The notes below the pieces were generated by a model. That model saw only the letters and a list, made by a program, of their open reading frames with translations, did not search any database and was not told the origin of the DNA. DNA of 63,507 nucleotides, filler included, from Octopus bimaculoides (lineage: Eukaryota): NCBI RefSeq assembly GCF_001194135.2. It is 6 parts of 6 records of this genome, joined end to end, with 100 filler letters (N's around TTAATTAATTAA, not from the genome) between each part and the next. Parts side by side here need not be neighbours in the genome. Positions count along the whole stretch, not along the records: positions 1 to 8,997 come from NC_068987.1; positions 9,098 to 20,612 come from NW_026431833.1; 4 more parts are not named here. One strand, given 5' to 3'. This document shows, one piece after another, positions 1 through 11,180 of the stretch (position 1 is the stretch's first letter; every line of letters starts with the position of its first letter). The position numbers and the translations under genes were made by a program.

Positions 1-1220
1 TATATATATCTGTACACTCATGGATATATTGGATACATATACGTGTGTATGTGTGCATATATTTATATATTTGTCAAGATGCATAGGTGTATATGTGTGT
101 AAGTATATGTGTGAGAATGTGTGGGGAGATATATTTGTTTGTATAGGTTCGTATAAAATCAATATAGCAACTGTCTTACAGGTCAATCAATAAACAATCT
201 CTTTGTTTACATAACCAGTTCATCACGAACTTCCAATAAGAGTAGGAAGGTGTATGAAGTTTGGAAACAGTCAAGTGTGAAGGTGAAGGGTAATGATAAG
301 TAGGTGAACAGGATAGTATATAGGTGAGTGGAGATAGGGACGTATGTTAGGCTTTGCTCGATGTTTGCTTCATACGACAAATCATTATTTTTATCCAAAA
401 ATTATTGCTTTATTACAATAACATTATCATCGTATGATACGGTCCATATTTCAAAATTGAAAGAATGAAGGAAATGGTAAGATCGTGAGTGCTACAGCAA
501 TATTCAAAGGTTCTCCTCGTGCCTTTCTGAGTCATAAACCCATAAAGCCGGTTTCACAGATTATATAGCGTATATATTACCCCTGGGTGGGACGCCGGTG
601 CGTCGCAAAGTTACTACATTTTGACGGCAGACTAAAGTGTAATAACGTGAAATGAAGATAATAAATCAAAAATTAATCCTAACCAAAAGATAATTCCTTT
701 TGGTCACATGATTTTTTAAAGTAGGTTAGACGGTTTTGCGCGCTTTTACTGTGTGAGCGGACTATGAATACTAGTGAGTAAACACGTGACTGTCATTCTG
801 TACCGGGAGCCCCACTCACTGTGGAAGTTTGGATTCGTCTGTTTTTGCTGGATAGTTGCACTTGTCGAGCCGTGAGTTATTGTTATTGTTGTTCGTTGTT
901 GTTGTTGTGAACTTTTGTTTTTCTGCGTTGTTGCAGACCGTGAAAGCGTTCCCCTTGCTTTGAAGGGAGAAACCTACTTTTGTTTTCTGGAAACGTTGTG
1001 AAAAATGAACAATTCGTCTGACGAGGAAATCAACAGATTTGCGAGAATTCTGGAAGAGGGAATATTAAATGAAAGGCAAATAGAAACCGAAACTGTAAAC
1101 ATAATGGAAGAAAATAACAAATCGAACCAAAATAGAAAACAGGGCAATAATACAGACAACATAACAGAAAAGTCAACGGCTGGAGACCAACAGAGAAAAA
1201 TTAACTTTACAACCTCTACC

Positions 1221-1520
1221 AGCTGAAAAGTGAAACAGAGAGTTTCTTCGTAGCAACACAAGATTAAGCATTAAGGACTAACTGGTTAAAAGCCAAGATA
1301 GACAAAAATAAGTAAATTTTCAATGTAGGTTATGTAAATCAAAAGAGGAAAGCGTTACTCATATAGTAAGTGAATGTAGCATGCTGGCACAGAAAGAATG
1401 CTAGAAAAGACATGAAAACCTATGGAGAGCAATCCACTGGGACTTATGTAGAAAGCTATGATTTAAACATACTGATAGACGCTATGAATACGAACCTAGT
1501 AAAGTACTAGAAAGTAAGAA
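1221..1520 (+). mobile_element. R4/Dong-like (RLE) non-LTR retrotransposon fragment, CCHC region, decayed
   Basis: Translates with stops as LKSETESFFVATQD*ALRTNWLKAKIDK..CRLCKSKEESVTHIVSECSMLAQKEC*KRHENLWRAIHWDLCRK..YEYEPSKVLE. This is the CxxC-H-C knuckle plus RHD/IHW motif of RLE-clade elements. Confidence 0.85.
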
Positions 1521-2143
1521 ATACGTAGGCATATATGCACACACATGTACAAACATAGGTATAAATTTTGTTTCACTTTTACTTTATTTCTTGAAAATAA
1601 ATTTTACTTTTATTTTCCTTTTCTCTTACTTTCTTTTATTCATTATACTAATTTACCCATATATTATTTAACCCATCATTCATGATTGTTACTATTACTA
1701 TTATTGAATTGAAATAAAAGGAATAATTTTAACACACACACACACACACACATACATACACGCCTAGTAAAGGTGTTTATATTTTCTGTATATTCCGAAA
1801 GTATCCTAACATAATCCATATTGCCCTCTGAAAACCCTGATGATTTTCCTTATAAGGTATTTAAAATGCAAAAGTATATTTTTATATATGTTTTGTAATT
1901 TCAATCTTATTTGAGAAATGAAACAATTGTTGGTTAATATGTTGATTAATTAATAAATTAATTTGTATCCATTAGACTTCCCTCTATATATATTCACGAG
2001 TGGGTTGACGACTAGCATCACCATTGTAACTCAAGAGTACCAACTAATTTGAATCAAACTGTTTTGATCCATATGTGTATGTGTGTGCGTGTGTGTGTGG
2101 TAAATGAGAACGGAAGATGGAAGGTACGATTATTTTTTTATTT

Positions 2144-2246
2144 ATCACTACAATTGTTTCGACATATCTAGCATCGATCCCTAATGGGTGGGATACTTAA
2201 CTGGTTCAGGAGCATCCGACGGTCCAGAAGTGTCTCTTCGGGTGAT
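2144..2246 (-). ncRNA. Type I hammerhead-ribozyme-like motif, one core substitution, long loop II
   Basis: Minus strand: ATCAC-CCGAAGA-GACA-(66 nt)-TGTC-GAAA-CAATTG-TA-GTGAT. Stem I ATCAC/GTGAT, stem II GACA/TGTC and a palindromic stem III are all present. The core is CCGAAGA instead of CUGANGA. Confidence 0.6.
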
Positions 2247-3384
2247 GAAGAGATATGACTCGTTAAAATATCAATTCCGCAATGTATCTCCTCATTTCGT
2301 TAAAGAAAAGCAGCAAAATAAAGGATAGAGCTTCATTGACATAGAAGGTCAAGAATAAAATAACAGATTAAAAAAGAAACGAACACGCAATGCTGCGAAA
2401 ATATTATTAAAAATAACCGTTAACGGATATGGATGTATAAACGCCCCCGCGTAAAGTGTATGGCACCTATACACTCGCTCATACAAGCATCCGTGAAGAT
2501 GTAAGCATACGCACACGTGTGGTTTGGTACGCATACGGGTTAGATAGCTACTTGGTGTTTATAAGAATTGATTCATTAATGTTAAACTGGGTTCACTCAT
2601 ACCTTAAAGTAAATTATGTTAACAGTAACTCAAATTCATTCCCACTGCACTGTGCGAAAGTGCACTTATATACATGTAAGCATCTTGAGAGTCTTTCAGA
2701 AATTCTATTAATGATCTCATTGGTTCACATAATAGACAGTGCTTATTCGGAGCAGATTCGGTATCTCCTGGAAATTATATTACATGGCTTTGCGTGCCTT
2801 AATATGGACCGAGTTATGTTATACTTCATTTGATCCTCGCTACACAAAATCGGGCAAAGATGTTGAATGTCTCTTATTGATTTTCTTAAAGCTGGCGACA
2901 TGGTTGCGATAACGATTCTTGAATGAATCAGCCGTTTGCCCAATGTAAACATACGGCCCTCCCCTTGTGTGCACGGTATATTTATATACAAGATTTGTAC
3001 TTATACAGAAGTTCATCAATAGGCATATTGATTTTTCTCAGCATGAGCCTTTATTATATTTATTTGTATATGTGGCAGGTCTGACTTTATTTTCCGACGT
3101 TGTTACCATGTTAGCTATATCACAATCATTTCTACAATCACGATTTGGCCGTATTTCATGCTTTTCATTGCAGTTGACATCTCTGTTGTTGCTATTTTGA
3201 AGCATTTGCTTGCTAGATCCAGTAGGTGGGTTACTGAACTGTTGTTTCAGTTTATTATTATTTATGCGGTGCATATGCTGCTCTGAATTAATAGAGTTAG
3301 CATAAGATACCCTCACGGTATGTCGATTATAAATAGCATGTTATCTATTTGATTTAGGGAAACATTTGTCTAAAGCGGCAAAAA

Positions 3385-3428
3385 ATTAATATGTATGTAC
3401 ATATATATATACATATAATATACATACC

Positions 3429-3477
<49 letters not shown>

Positions 3478-3755
3478 ATGTATATGTATGCATGTGTGTG
3501 CGTGTGCGTGTATGTGTAGATATATACATATTTTTATTTGATGTACTTAATATATTTATAATGTTCTAATCTGCCCGATATGAACCTGATCATTTTTCTT
3601 TACCTTGTGGAATGATCCCCTGCAAAGACATTGCCGTTTGAATCTTTAGAGCATTACTTAGTGTCATCTATGCAGAGAATATATGGATCTCATCGTTGTA
3701 TTATATATACATATATATGTGTGTGTATGTATATATATATATATACATGTGTGTG

Positions 3756-3795
<40 letters not shown>

Positions 3796-3826
3796 CATGT
3801 ATGTATGTATGTATGTATGTATGTAT

Positions 3827-3870
<44 letters not shown>
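3385..3870. repeat. (TA)n/(TG)n/(TATG)n microsatellite clusters (many similar tracts elsewhere, e.g. 5900-6015, 40590-40720, 48980-49140, 55790-56225, 61930-62160, 63015-63180)
   Basis: Direct observation; these tracts are the source of the YIYI, CVCV and HTHT ORFs and border most N gaps. Confidence 0.95.
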
Positions 3871-3871
<1 letters not shown>

Positions 3872-3914
3872 TGCATAAATCGGTCCAACTTGCACAGAGT
3901 ACAAACGACAGAGA

Positions 3915-5342
3915 AATTTTAAGTGGCGGCAGAAAGGCATTATTTGTCCAACAGCTGTTTCTGAGAGCTCGGCGTTCCACAATACTGTTGGCAGATTTAG
4001 TCCATTACAAAATACGGTTGTATGGATTCATTTAACATAGGATCAAACAAGCCTCCATTATCAGGGTATAACAGGTTTTACATTTCAAATCTTAATGCAG
4101 AGAGGTTCAAAGATTGAATGATCAAATGCGGAGAGCTAAGTGTATTAGAGGGAGGACTGAGAGTGCTGAGACAGAAAGTGGTGAGAGGAAAAAAGATAGT
4201 TCAAGAAGAGTGAGGATTTAATAATGAGGCTAGTAAGAGAGGCAGTAGTAGAGGTAGATAGTAGAGAGATGAAAGGGGGGTGTATAGTATATGAATGGTA
4301 GTCTAGTGTGTTGCATTTGTTACGGTGTAGGGATGTAAGCTATAGAATTATTGGCTGGGATAGTGAGAAAAAATGGTAGTTATTTGAGGGAAGTCGGTGT
4401 CTAGTTCAATGATAGAAGCAGATTATTAGAGTATGTAGAAAGGTATGCGAGAAGATAGAGGTGTGAACAGAGTGGGGTGAGTTGGTGGTCAAGATGGCAG
4501 TAGTTAGTAGGATAATGAATGTGCATTGGTATTGGAGGAGTACCGTAGATTGGTATTGTGGTATGCAGAGGTGTATTAAATTGAATAAAGGGAAGTGAAT
4601 AGAGAGGGAGGTTGAATGGTTAGTATCCAAATGAATGGGGTAATATTAAGTGCTTTTCGTTGAGGAGAAAAAATGAGAGGAGACCACTTGTGAGGGTGGG
4701 ATGGCTCTGAGGGAGGTGGGATGTAGCGGATTAGAGGAATTTGCAAAGATGACAATGAGAAGGAACAGTTTAATGAGGAATGTAGTATTTATTGAGGTAA
4801 TAAGTTGCTAGGCTACCCTTGTCATACCTCGAGTTTAATTTTGTGTAAAGATACTTATAGAATTACATAGATTTTATAAAATTCTCAAATGATGAGTAGA
4901 ATCTATGTTTACAAGACAAAATTACATCTAAGAATCTATTAAGTAATGAGGGTTTGTTATGACGAAGGATTCATCTCCCTACTCTCTATTCATCTCCCTA
5001 CTCTCCACCTCTACTACTACCTCCCTTACTAGCTTCATTATTAAATCCTCACTCTTCTTGAACTATCTTTTTATTTCTCACCGTTCCCTGCTTTCATACC
5101 CCCAGTCCCACTTCTAATACACTTAGCTCTCCACATTTAATCATTCCATCTATGAACTTCTCTGCATTAAGATTTAAAATGTAAGATCTTCTGTACTCTG
5201 ATAATGGAGGCTCGTCTCATTCATGTTAAATGTATCCATACGGCCGTATTTTGTAATGGACTTAATCTACCAACATCATTATGGATCGCCGAGCTCAGAG
5301 AAACAGCTGTTGGACGTATATATAATGCCTTTCTGCCACCTT
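3915..5342. repeat. Long diverged inverted repeat (arms about 3915-4285 and 4970-5342) of an unclassified element
   Basis: ggcagaaaggcatta..tccaacagctgtttctgagagctcggc..tccattacaaaatacgg..aagaagagtgaggatttaataatg is the reverse complement of the 4970-5342 sequence, with scattered substitutions. Confidence 0.85.
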
Positions 5343-5969
5343 TGTTTATGCATTATACATTATACATACATATATATATAAATTCATTCATCATCTGAAA
5401 CTTTCCATCTTTTGGTTCCTTTCGTTTTACACGTACAGATATATACATATTGTGTATTTGATGTACTTGATATATTTAATATATATGATTTGTAATCTAC
5501 TAATACCATAATTGCTTATATATATNNNNNNNNNNNNNNNNNNNNNNNNNNNNNNNNNNNNNNNNNNNNNNNNNNNNNNNNNNNNNNNNNNNNNNNNNNN
5601 NNNNNNNNNNNNNNNNNNNNNNNNNNNNNNNNNNNNNNNNNNNNNNNNNNNNNNNNNNNNNNNNNNNNNNNNNNNNNNNNNNNNNNNNNNNNNNNNNNNN
5701 NNNNNNNNNNNNNNNNNNNNNNNNNNNNNNNNNNNNNNNNNNNNNNNNNNNNNNNNNNNNNNNNNNNNNNNNNNNNNNNNNNNNNNNNNNNNNNNNNNNN
5801 NNNNNNNNNNNNNNNNNNNNNNNNNNNNNNNNNNNNNNNNNNNNNNNNNNNNNNNNNNNNNNNNNNNNNNNNNNNNNNNNNNNNNNNNNNNNNNNNNNNN
5901 GTATATATACATATATAAACATATATATACATATACATACATATATACATGTATATGTATATACATATG

Positions 5970-6014
<45 letters not shown>

Positions 6015-6016
<2 letters not shown>

Positions 6017-6400
6017 TCTTTTACTTGTTTCAGTCATTTGACTGCGGCCATGCTGGAGCACCACCTTTAGTTAAGCAAATCGACCATAGGACTTATTCTG
6101 TGTAAGCCTAGTACTTATGCTATCGGTCTCTTTTGCCGAACCGCTAAGTTACGGGGACATAAGCACACCAGCATCGGCTGTCAAGCGATGTTGTGGGGAC
6201 AAGCACAGACACACAAACACACATATATATATATATACATATACATATATACGACGGGCTTCTTTCAGTTTCCGTCTACCAAATCCACTCACAAGGCTTT
6301 GGTCGGCCCGAGGCAATAGTAGAAGACACTTGCCCTAGGTGCCACGCAGTGGGACTGAACCCGGAACCATGTGGTTGGTAAGCAAGCTACTTACCACATG
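6015..6400 (-). mobile_element. SINE family A (tRNA-like head, CORE-like ccttgggcaagtg motif, internal (TA/TG)n)
   Basis: Reverse complement of the ..gtggtaagtagcttgc..ggttccgggttcagtcccactgcgtggcacc..aaagccttgtgagtggatttggtagacggaaactgaaagaagccc..ctccagcatggccgcagtcaaatgactgaaacaagtaaaag consensus, which recurs several times in the window. Confidence 0.9.
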
Positions 6401-6409
6401 CCTGTATAT

Positions 6410-7870
6410 ATGTATTATTTTATTCTTTTAGAAGTTTCACCTCAAAGCTGTGGCCATGTTGGGGCACCGCCTCTTTGCTACACTGTTATTACTGAGCGCC
6501 TCTTCTGATATGTGGCATTTGGTGAGTAAGGGTGTTTGATGTCGCTACCCTCGTTTGCGCCTCCTGTCGCGAAGTAAGTTCATCTGGGGCTCTCGACAAA
6601 GAGAGATCCAGTTTTGTTTCAAAATATCTATATACACTTTGTGTACGTCTCTCAGGCTTTTGAGAGAATGTGAAAAAGCTTGAAGCCCAGATTGTTGCAG
6701 TAACCGGTCCTGAAGTGCTTCGGCATTGCTGGGATCTTTGGAACTGTGCAGTGGCGACCCATTCAGGTATCTGTGTGGATTTCAAAGACAAAATTTGGCA
6801 CAATCCCTTCCAGGATCTTCTAGATGTATTAGGTTGGTGCATAATTATTGCGGCTTTTTTCAATAAATTTTATTCAACAAAAACAATAACAACGTTTAAA
6901 TGATTATTCCGACAGGCTGCCAAGCAAATGGGAAGCAGTAATTGAAGTAGATGGTGAATAGGCTCCGGAATAATCATTTAAATATGTTTTTGTTAAATGT
7001 TGTTATCGTCTTTGTTGAATAAAATCTATTGGAAAAAAACCACAATAATTATGCACTAACCTAATATATTACTGCATATCTCTCCCGCCTTCGCTCCAAA
7101 GAGTAAAATCTTCGCTGTTTCAGCTTTTCCTAGTAGCTGGGCTGTTGCAATGAGGCGATCTTCTTTGTCAAGCTTCACTGGATTGCTTCAAGATCCGCTA
7201 TTGGAAGAAATAGTCAAGGCGGCTGACGACGAATGTCCTCCATAGGACCATCATGGTTTCCTTTTCTCTGGTTCTGAACTTCCTCAGGATCCTGCCAACC
7301 AGCCGTCTTCACTTTCTTACCATCTTGCTAATGTGCACTTGGAAAGAGGTATTATCACTCATATCGATACCTAGGTCCCGCACTGATTTTGGTTGTGGTC
7401 CCAAGACAGTGCCCTGTAGAACACCACTCACTATTTTTGTTTTCTTTGAGGTGGTTGTATTGGCCACCACTGCCTGACTTCTATCTTTCAGAAAGTCGTG
7501 TAACCACTCTCCAAATTTTCTAGCTCTGCGAAGATCACCCAATTTGTGGCATATCATACCATGATCCACTTTATCAAAAGCGTTTGCAAAATCAAGGGAC
7601 ATTACGTCCACATTTTAGTTGTCGAGTAAATGTCTCAGCAGCCAGTCATGGTGCTGTAGGGGCTGGGTCAGGCAGCCCCTAGCTAATCGAAAACCATGCT
7701 GGGTATCACTCAGCATGTCATTTTCTTCAAGGAATGTGATTAGTTTCCCTCTAAATATTCGTTCCATGACTTTGCTGATGTGTGAAGTCAGAGAGATAGG
7801 TGTATAAATTTTGGTATCTGCTCTGCTTCCTCCTTTATGGATTGGGTATATTGTTCCCTCCTTCAGTGTA
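6410..7870 (-). mobile_element. CR1/L2-group LINE fragment (RT to 3' end), internally deleted, interrupted by a mariner MITE
   Basis: Pieces read EGTIYPIHKGGSR..YTPISLTSHISKVMERI, LDFANAFDKVDHG..WLHDFLKDRSQAV..SGVLQGTVLGP, KSVRDLGIDMSDN, then FETKLDLSLSRAPDELTSRQ and a 3' tail. Multiple stops and frameshifts. Confidence 0.9.
6829..7064. mobile_element. Mariner-derived MITE (236 bp), TA target duplication
   Basis: TIRs TTAGGTTGGTGCATAATTATTGCGG / CCACAATAATTATGCACTAACCTAA, flanked by TA at 6827-6828 and 7065-7066. The interior encodes DRLPSKWEAVIEVDGE, a mariner transposase C-terminal motif. Confidence 0.92.
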
Positions 7871-7884
7871 CTTATATATATATA

Positions 7885-8690
7885 TATATATAATATTATC
7901 AGTTTCAGCTGAAAGCTGTGGCCATGCTGGGGCACCGCAGTTTTGTTACACTGTTAGTATTGAAAAAAGTGGTATTTAGTGAATAAGGGTGTTTGATGTC
8001 GCTACCCTCATTTGCACCTCCTGCGTGAGGTAAGTTCATCTGGGACTCTCGACAGATCTAGTTTTGATATGAAAACACCTACATCCACTTTTTGTAGGTC
8101 CCTTAGGCTCTTTGAGAGAATATTAAAAACTGTGGGCCTCTGAAACCCAAGCTGTTGCACTGAAGCGCGATGGCGTTGCTGGGATCTTTGGCACTGTGCA
8201 ATGGTGACCCGTTCTGGTACTTGTATAGCTTTCAATGCCAAAATTTGGCACAAACCCTTCCAGGATTTTCCAGTTGTATATTTCTGCATATCTCTCCCGC
8301 CTTCGCTCCAGGGAGTAAAGTCTTAGCTCTTTCAGTCAATCCCAGTAGCTGAGCAGTTGCAATAAGACGATCTTCTTTGTGAAGCTTGGCTGGATTGCTT
8401 TAAGATCCGCTGTTGATTTTACACTGCTGGGTGAAACCATAGCTGAGAGCAATAATCCAGGCGGCTGAGGATGAATGTCCTCCAGAGCACCATGATGGTT
8501 TCCTTCTCTCTGGTTCTGAACGTTCTCAGAATCCATCCAGCCAGTCATCTGCACTTTGTCGCTCGCCATCCTGGCAGAGGTATCATTACTCATGTCGATA
8601 CCCATGTTCTGCACTGATTTAGGTTCAGGAATTGAAATCCTCTGTGGACCAATGTACCCTGTAAGTTTTATATTCAATTTTGGACACTGG
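7885..8690 (-). mobile_element. Second CR1/L2-group LINE 3' fragment
   Basis: PEPKSVQNMGIDMSND..LKAIQPSFTKKI..SYWD..VFISKLDLSRVPDELTSR, plus the same 3' tail as 6410-6490. Confidence 0.88.
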
Positions 8691-8997
8691 TAGCGAAGGG
8701 TTTGGAATTTTTCATTGCCTTCGAAACGCGGAGTAGATAGAACAGGAACAACTGACGAAGGGGTATATTTCTTTATGTTGTATATCTCGTTTCTATGTTT
8801 TGCTTCTTTTTTTTTTTGTTGTTCGAAAAAGTTCGTCTCCTGTTTTCGTTTTTATGTTTTCGTTTCTCATTGTGTTTAACGCTTTTTTTTATGTCCTGTA
8901 CCCATATATACATGTATGTATACATATAGATGTAGGTATGTACATATATGTATGGATATATGCATATATTTATATATTATTTATATTATTATATGAT

Positions 8998-9097
8998 NNN
9001 NNNNNNNNNNNNNNNNNNNNNNNNNNNNNNNNNNNNNNNNNTTAATTAATTAANNNNNNNNNNNNNNNNNNNNNNNNNNNNNNNNNNNNNNNNNNNN
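8998..9097. other. Artificial scaffold spacer N44-TTAATTAATTAA-N44 (also 20613-20712, 47617-47716, 59679-59778, 62160-62259)
   Basis: An identical 100-bp construct occurs five times; TTAATTAATTAA gives stops in all six frames. Confidence 0.95.
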
Positions 9098-9499
9098 GGT
9101 TATATACGGATGCACAAACACACAAAATGGAGAAACTGAAACAAATATGGACAACTTGTTCTGAAGCATCCCCCAGTGGAGAACAGTTTGTAAAAATAAC
9201 CCTCAATTACTTTCTCCAAAAATCCTATATGCTTGAAATCTACATAGTCTGAGATATATTTGTAGACAATTTCATAAAAAAATATCTATTCTGCTGAAAG
9301 TTAAGATGAAATGAAGTGGATTCCGATGAATTTTCCGAAAATCCTCCCCACCCCTCCTGAAACATTCCTCTTCCCCCAAATTTTGTATATTCGGAATCTA
9401 CATGATATAATATATATTTGTAGAAATTGTCATTAAAAAATATCCATTTTTCTGAAAATTATGATCATCCAAAGTCGTGGCAGGGGACAGAAAGCCTGT

Positions 9500-9685
9500 G
9501 GTGAGATGCCACCTGACTGGCTCCTGTGCTGGTGGCATGTAAAAAGCACCATTCAAGTGTGGTCAATGCCAGTACTGTCTGATTGGCCCTAGTGCCAGTG
9601 GCACGTAAAAGGCACCCACTACACTCTCAGAGTGGTTGGCATTAGGAAGGGCAACCAGCTGTAGAAACTTTGCTAGATCAGAGTC
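9500..9685 (+). mobile_element. SINE/LINE-tail family B fragment
   Basis: gcacccactacactctcagagtggttggcattaggaagggcaaccagctgtagaaact matches the copies at 16255-16445 and 18792-19006. Confidence 0.8.
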
Positions 9686-9689
9686 CCTT

Positions 9690-11180
9690 AACATTTATTA
9701 AAAATGGGGTTGTGTACCAAATAATTTCCCTATTTCCACTCATACTAGGTAATTTATTATAGTTATAAACTATTTTTGGAAATTGTATGATATTTCCCGA
9801 GTATTTTTTGTTATTATTCTTATATTCAGTTGTATGTCTACTATAGCATTTTGTAGGTTTTTTTGTTATGCTTTATGGAGGTTTGATCATTTTCTATTTT
9901 TTTAGTATTATTGTTAGTAATAAAGTTATTTGTATGTTTTAATTTAATATTATGTGTAGTTTGGTTTAGTTTCATTTTTGCTATATAATTCCTAAGTTTT
10001 GTCTCTTTTATATATTTAATATGTTTGAATGAATGTTTATATATTTGAGATATTCATTAGGATTGTGGAAAGGCGAATAAGTTGAGGTATTGCGGTCTAG
10101 AGTTACATTCAAAAAATTTGCTTTACAATAGCTTTCTTCAAAGGAAATAGATAAGCCAACATTTTAAAAGAAATTATGGAGTTCTCTTATTTTCCCTATT
10201 TTTCTTTTGGAGCGTCCATTATATATCAGGGGAGTGTCATCTCTATATAATCCTCCTTTGAGAGAAAGAAAATATTGTCTAGTCTTGTGCAATAGATATA
10301 AGCCTACCAAATCTCTAACTTGTGCAGAATCAGCAGATCCCATGGTGATATGAAATAAATTATTATTTGTAGCTCTGCAGCATAATTTATCATTAAACTT
10401 AATAAGTGTTTTTCTAGCTAATAGTATTATATTGATTTCAAGCCGTGTAATATTAGAGACTTCTAGCTAAAACTATAGCTTTGCTTAATATGATTGGTGG
10501 TATAGAGGCATAATAATTGTTAATATCAAATTGTAAGATGGAAGAATTAGCCTTATTTGGTAGTAAATGAAACCAAGTTATAACTTCTCCTGTGCTAAAC
10601 CAAAGGTTACAATTGAGTTTTTTCTTTGCATTAGGTATAATACTAACATATTTTTACTGATTCTTCCAAGATTTGACTTGGTTGGACAAATTACTCTCAT
10701 AGCAAGGTTCATATTGAAAGTGTAGTGTATTCGGAGTGTATATTTCAGTATGATTTTCAACTTTCAGTTTGTGCATAATTTTACAATGTAACTCTAAGTT
10801 GGGCGTATTTGTAATTTTATATGATTTACATAGTTTTTTTGGATAAAGTCTTGGTATTGTCTTGGAGTAATGGAGTATAAATTTCCAGTCTTATCAGAAA
10901 AGACATGTACTTTAGGTGATTTTATAATTTGGTTGAGTATTTTTGATAAATTTTGTTGGTATTTGGAAGTAAACTTCAAGAATCTAATAGATTTAACCAA
11001 TTCTAATATTGCGTTTTCAAATTCATTTAATAATGGGTTGTGTGATAGCTTTGTTTAAGATCTGAGACCATAATTACTCTTATATCATTCTTTTAAGGTA
11101 TATTTGTTACCGTAGAAGAAAGCCTATCATCTCATTCTTTTTATTAAGTCATTAGTCTTCTGAAGTAACAGTAATAAAAA
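9690..11180 (-). mobile_element. Penelope-like element, decayed ORF (N-terminal region, RT, GIY-YIG end)
   Basis: Minus-strand pieces: NDLIKRMR..FENAILELVKSIRF..VHVFSDKTGNLY; GSADSAQVRDLVGLYLL..GGLYRDD..NFLNVTLDRNTSTYSPFHNPNEYLKYINIHSN. These are Penelope-type RT motifs (GS-GAEVCELVGLY, YRDD, FLDVTL). Confidence 0.85.

Noticed and set aside
190-240. Minus-strand gTGATGAactg..cagt as a hammerhead
   Set aside because: No C3, no GAAA after stem II and no stem I.
3631-4035. ORFs rich in YI/CV/HT/SL/poly-X (this one and many others in the track)
   Set aside because: They are translations of (TA)n, (TG)n, (CT)n or (AAT)n repeats, or of N gaps.
8710-8775. ccttcGAAAcgcgg..CTGACGAagggg as a permuted hammerhead
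   Set aside because: No UH cleavage triplet and no stem I pairing; possibly debris of a related terminus but not supportable.
9042-9053. TTAATTAATTAA as a conserved regulatory motif or piggyBac-type site
   Set aside because: It is always centred in exactly 44 N on each side, so it is an assembly spacer.
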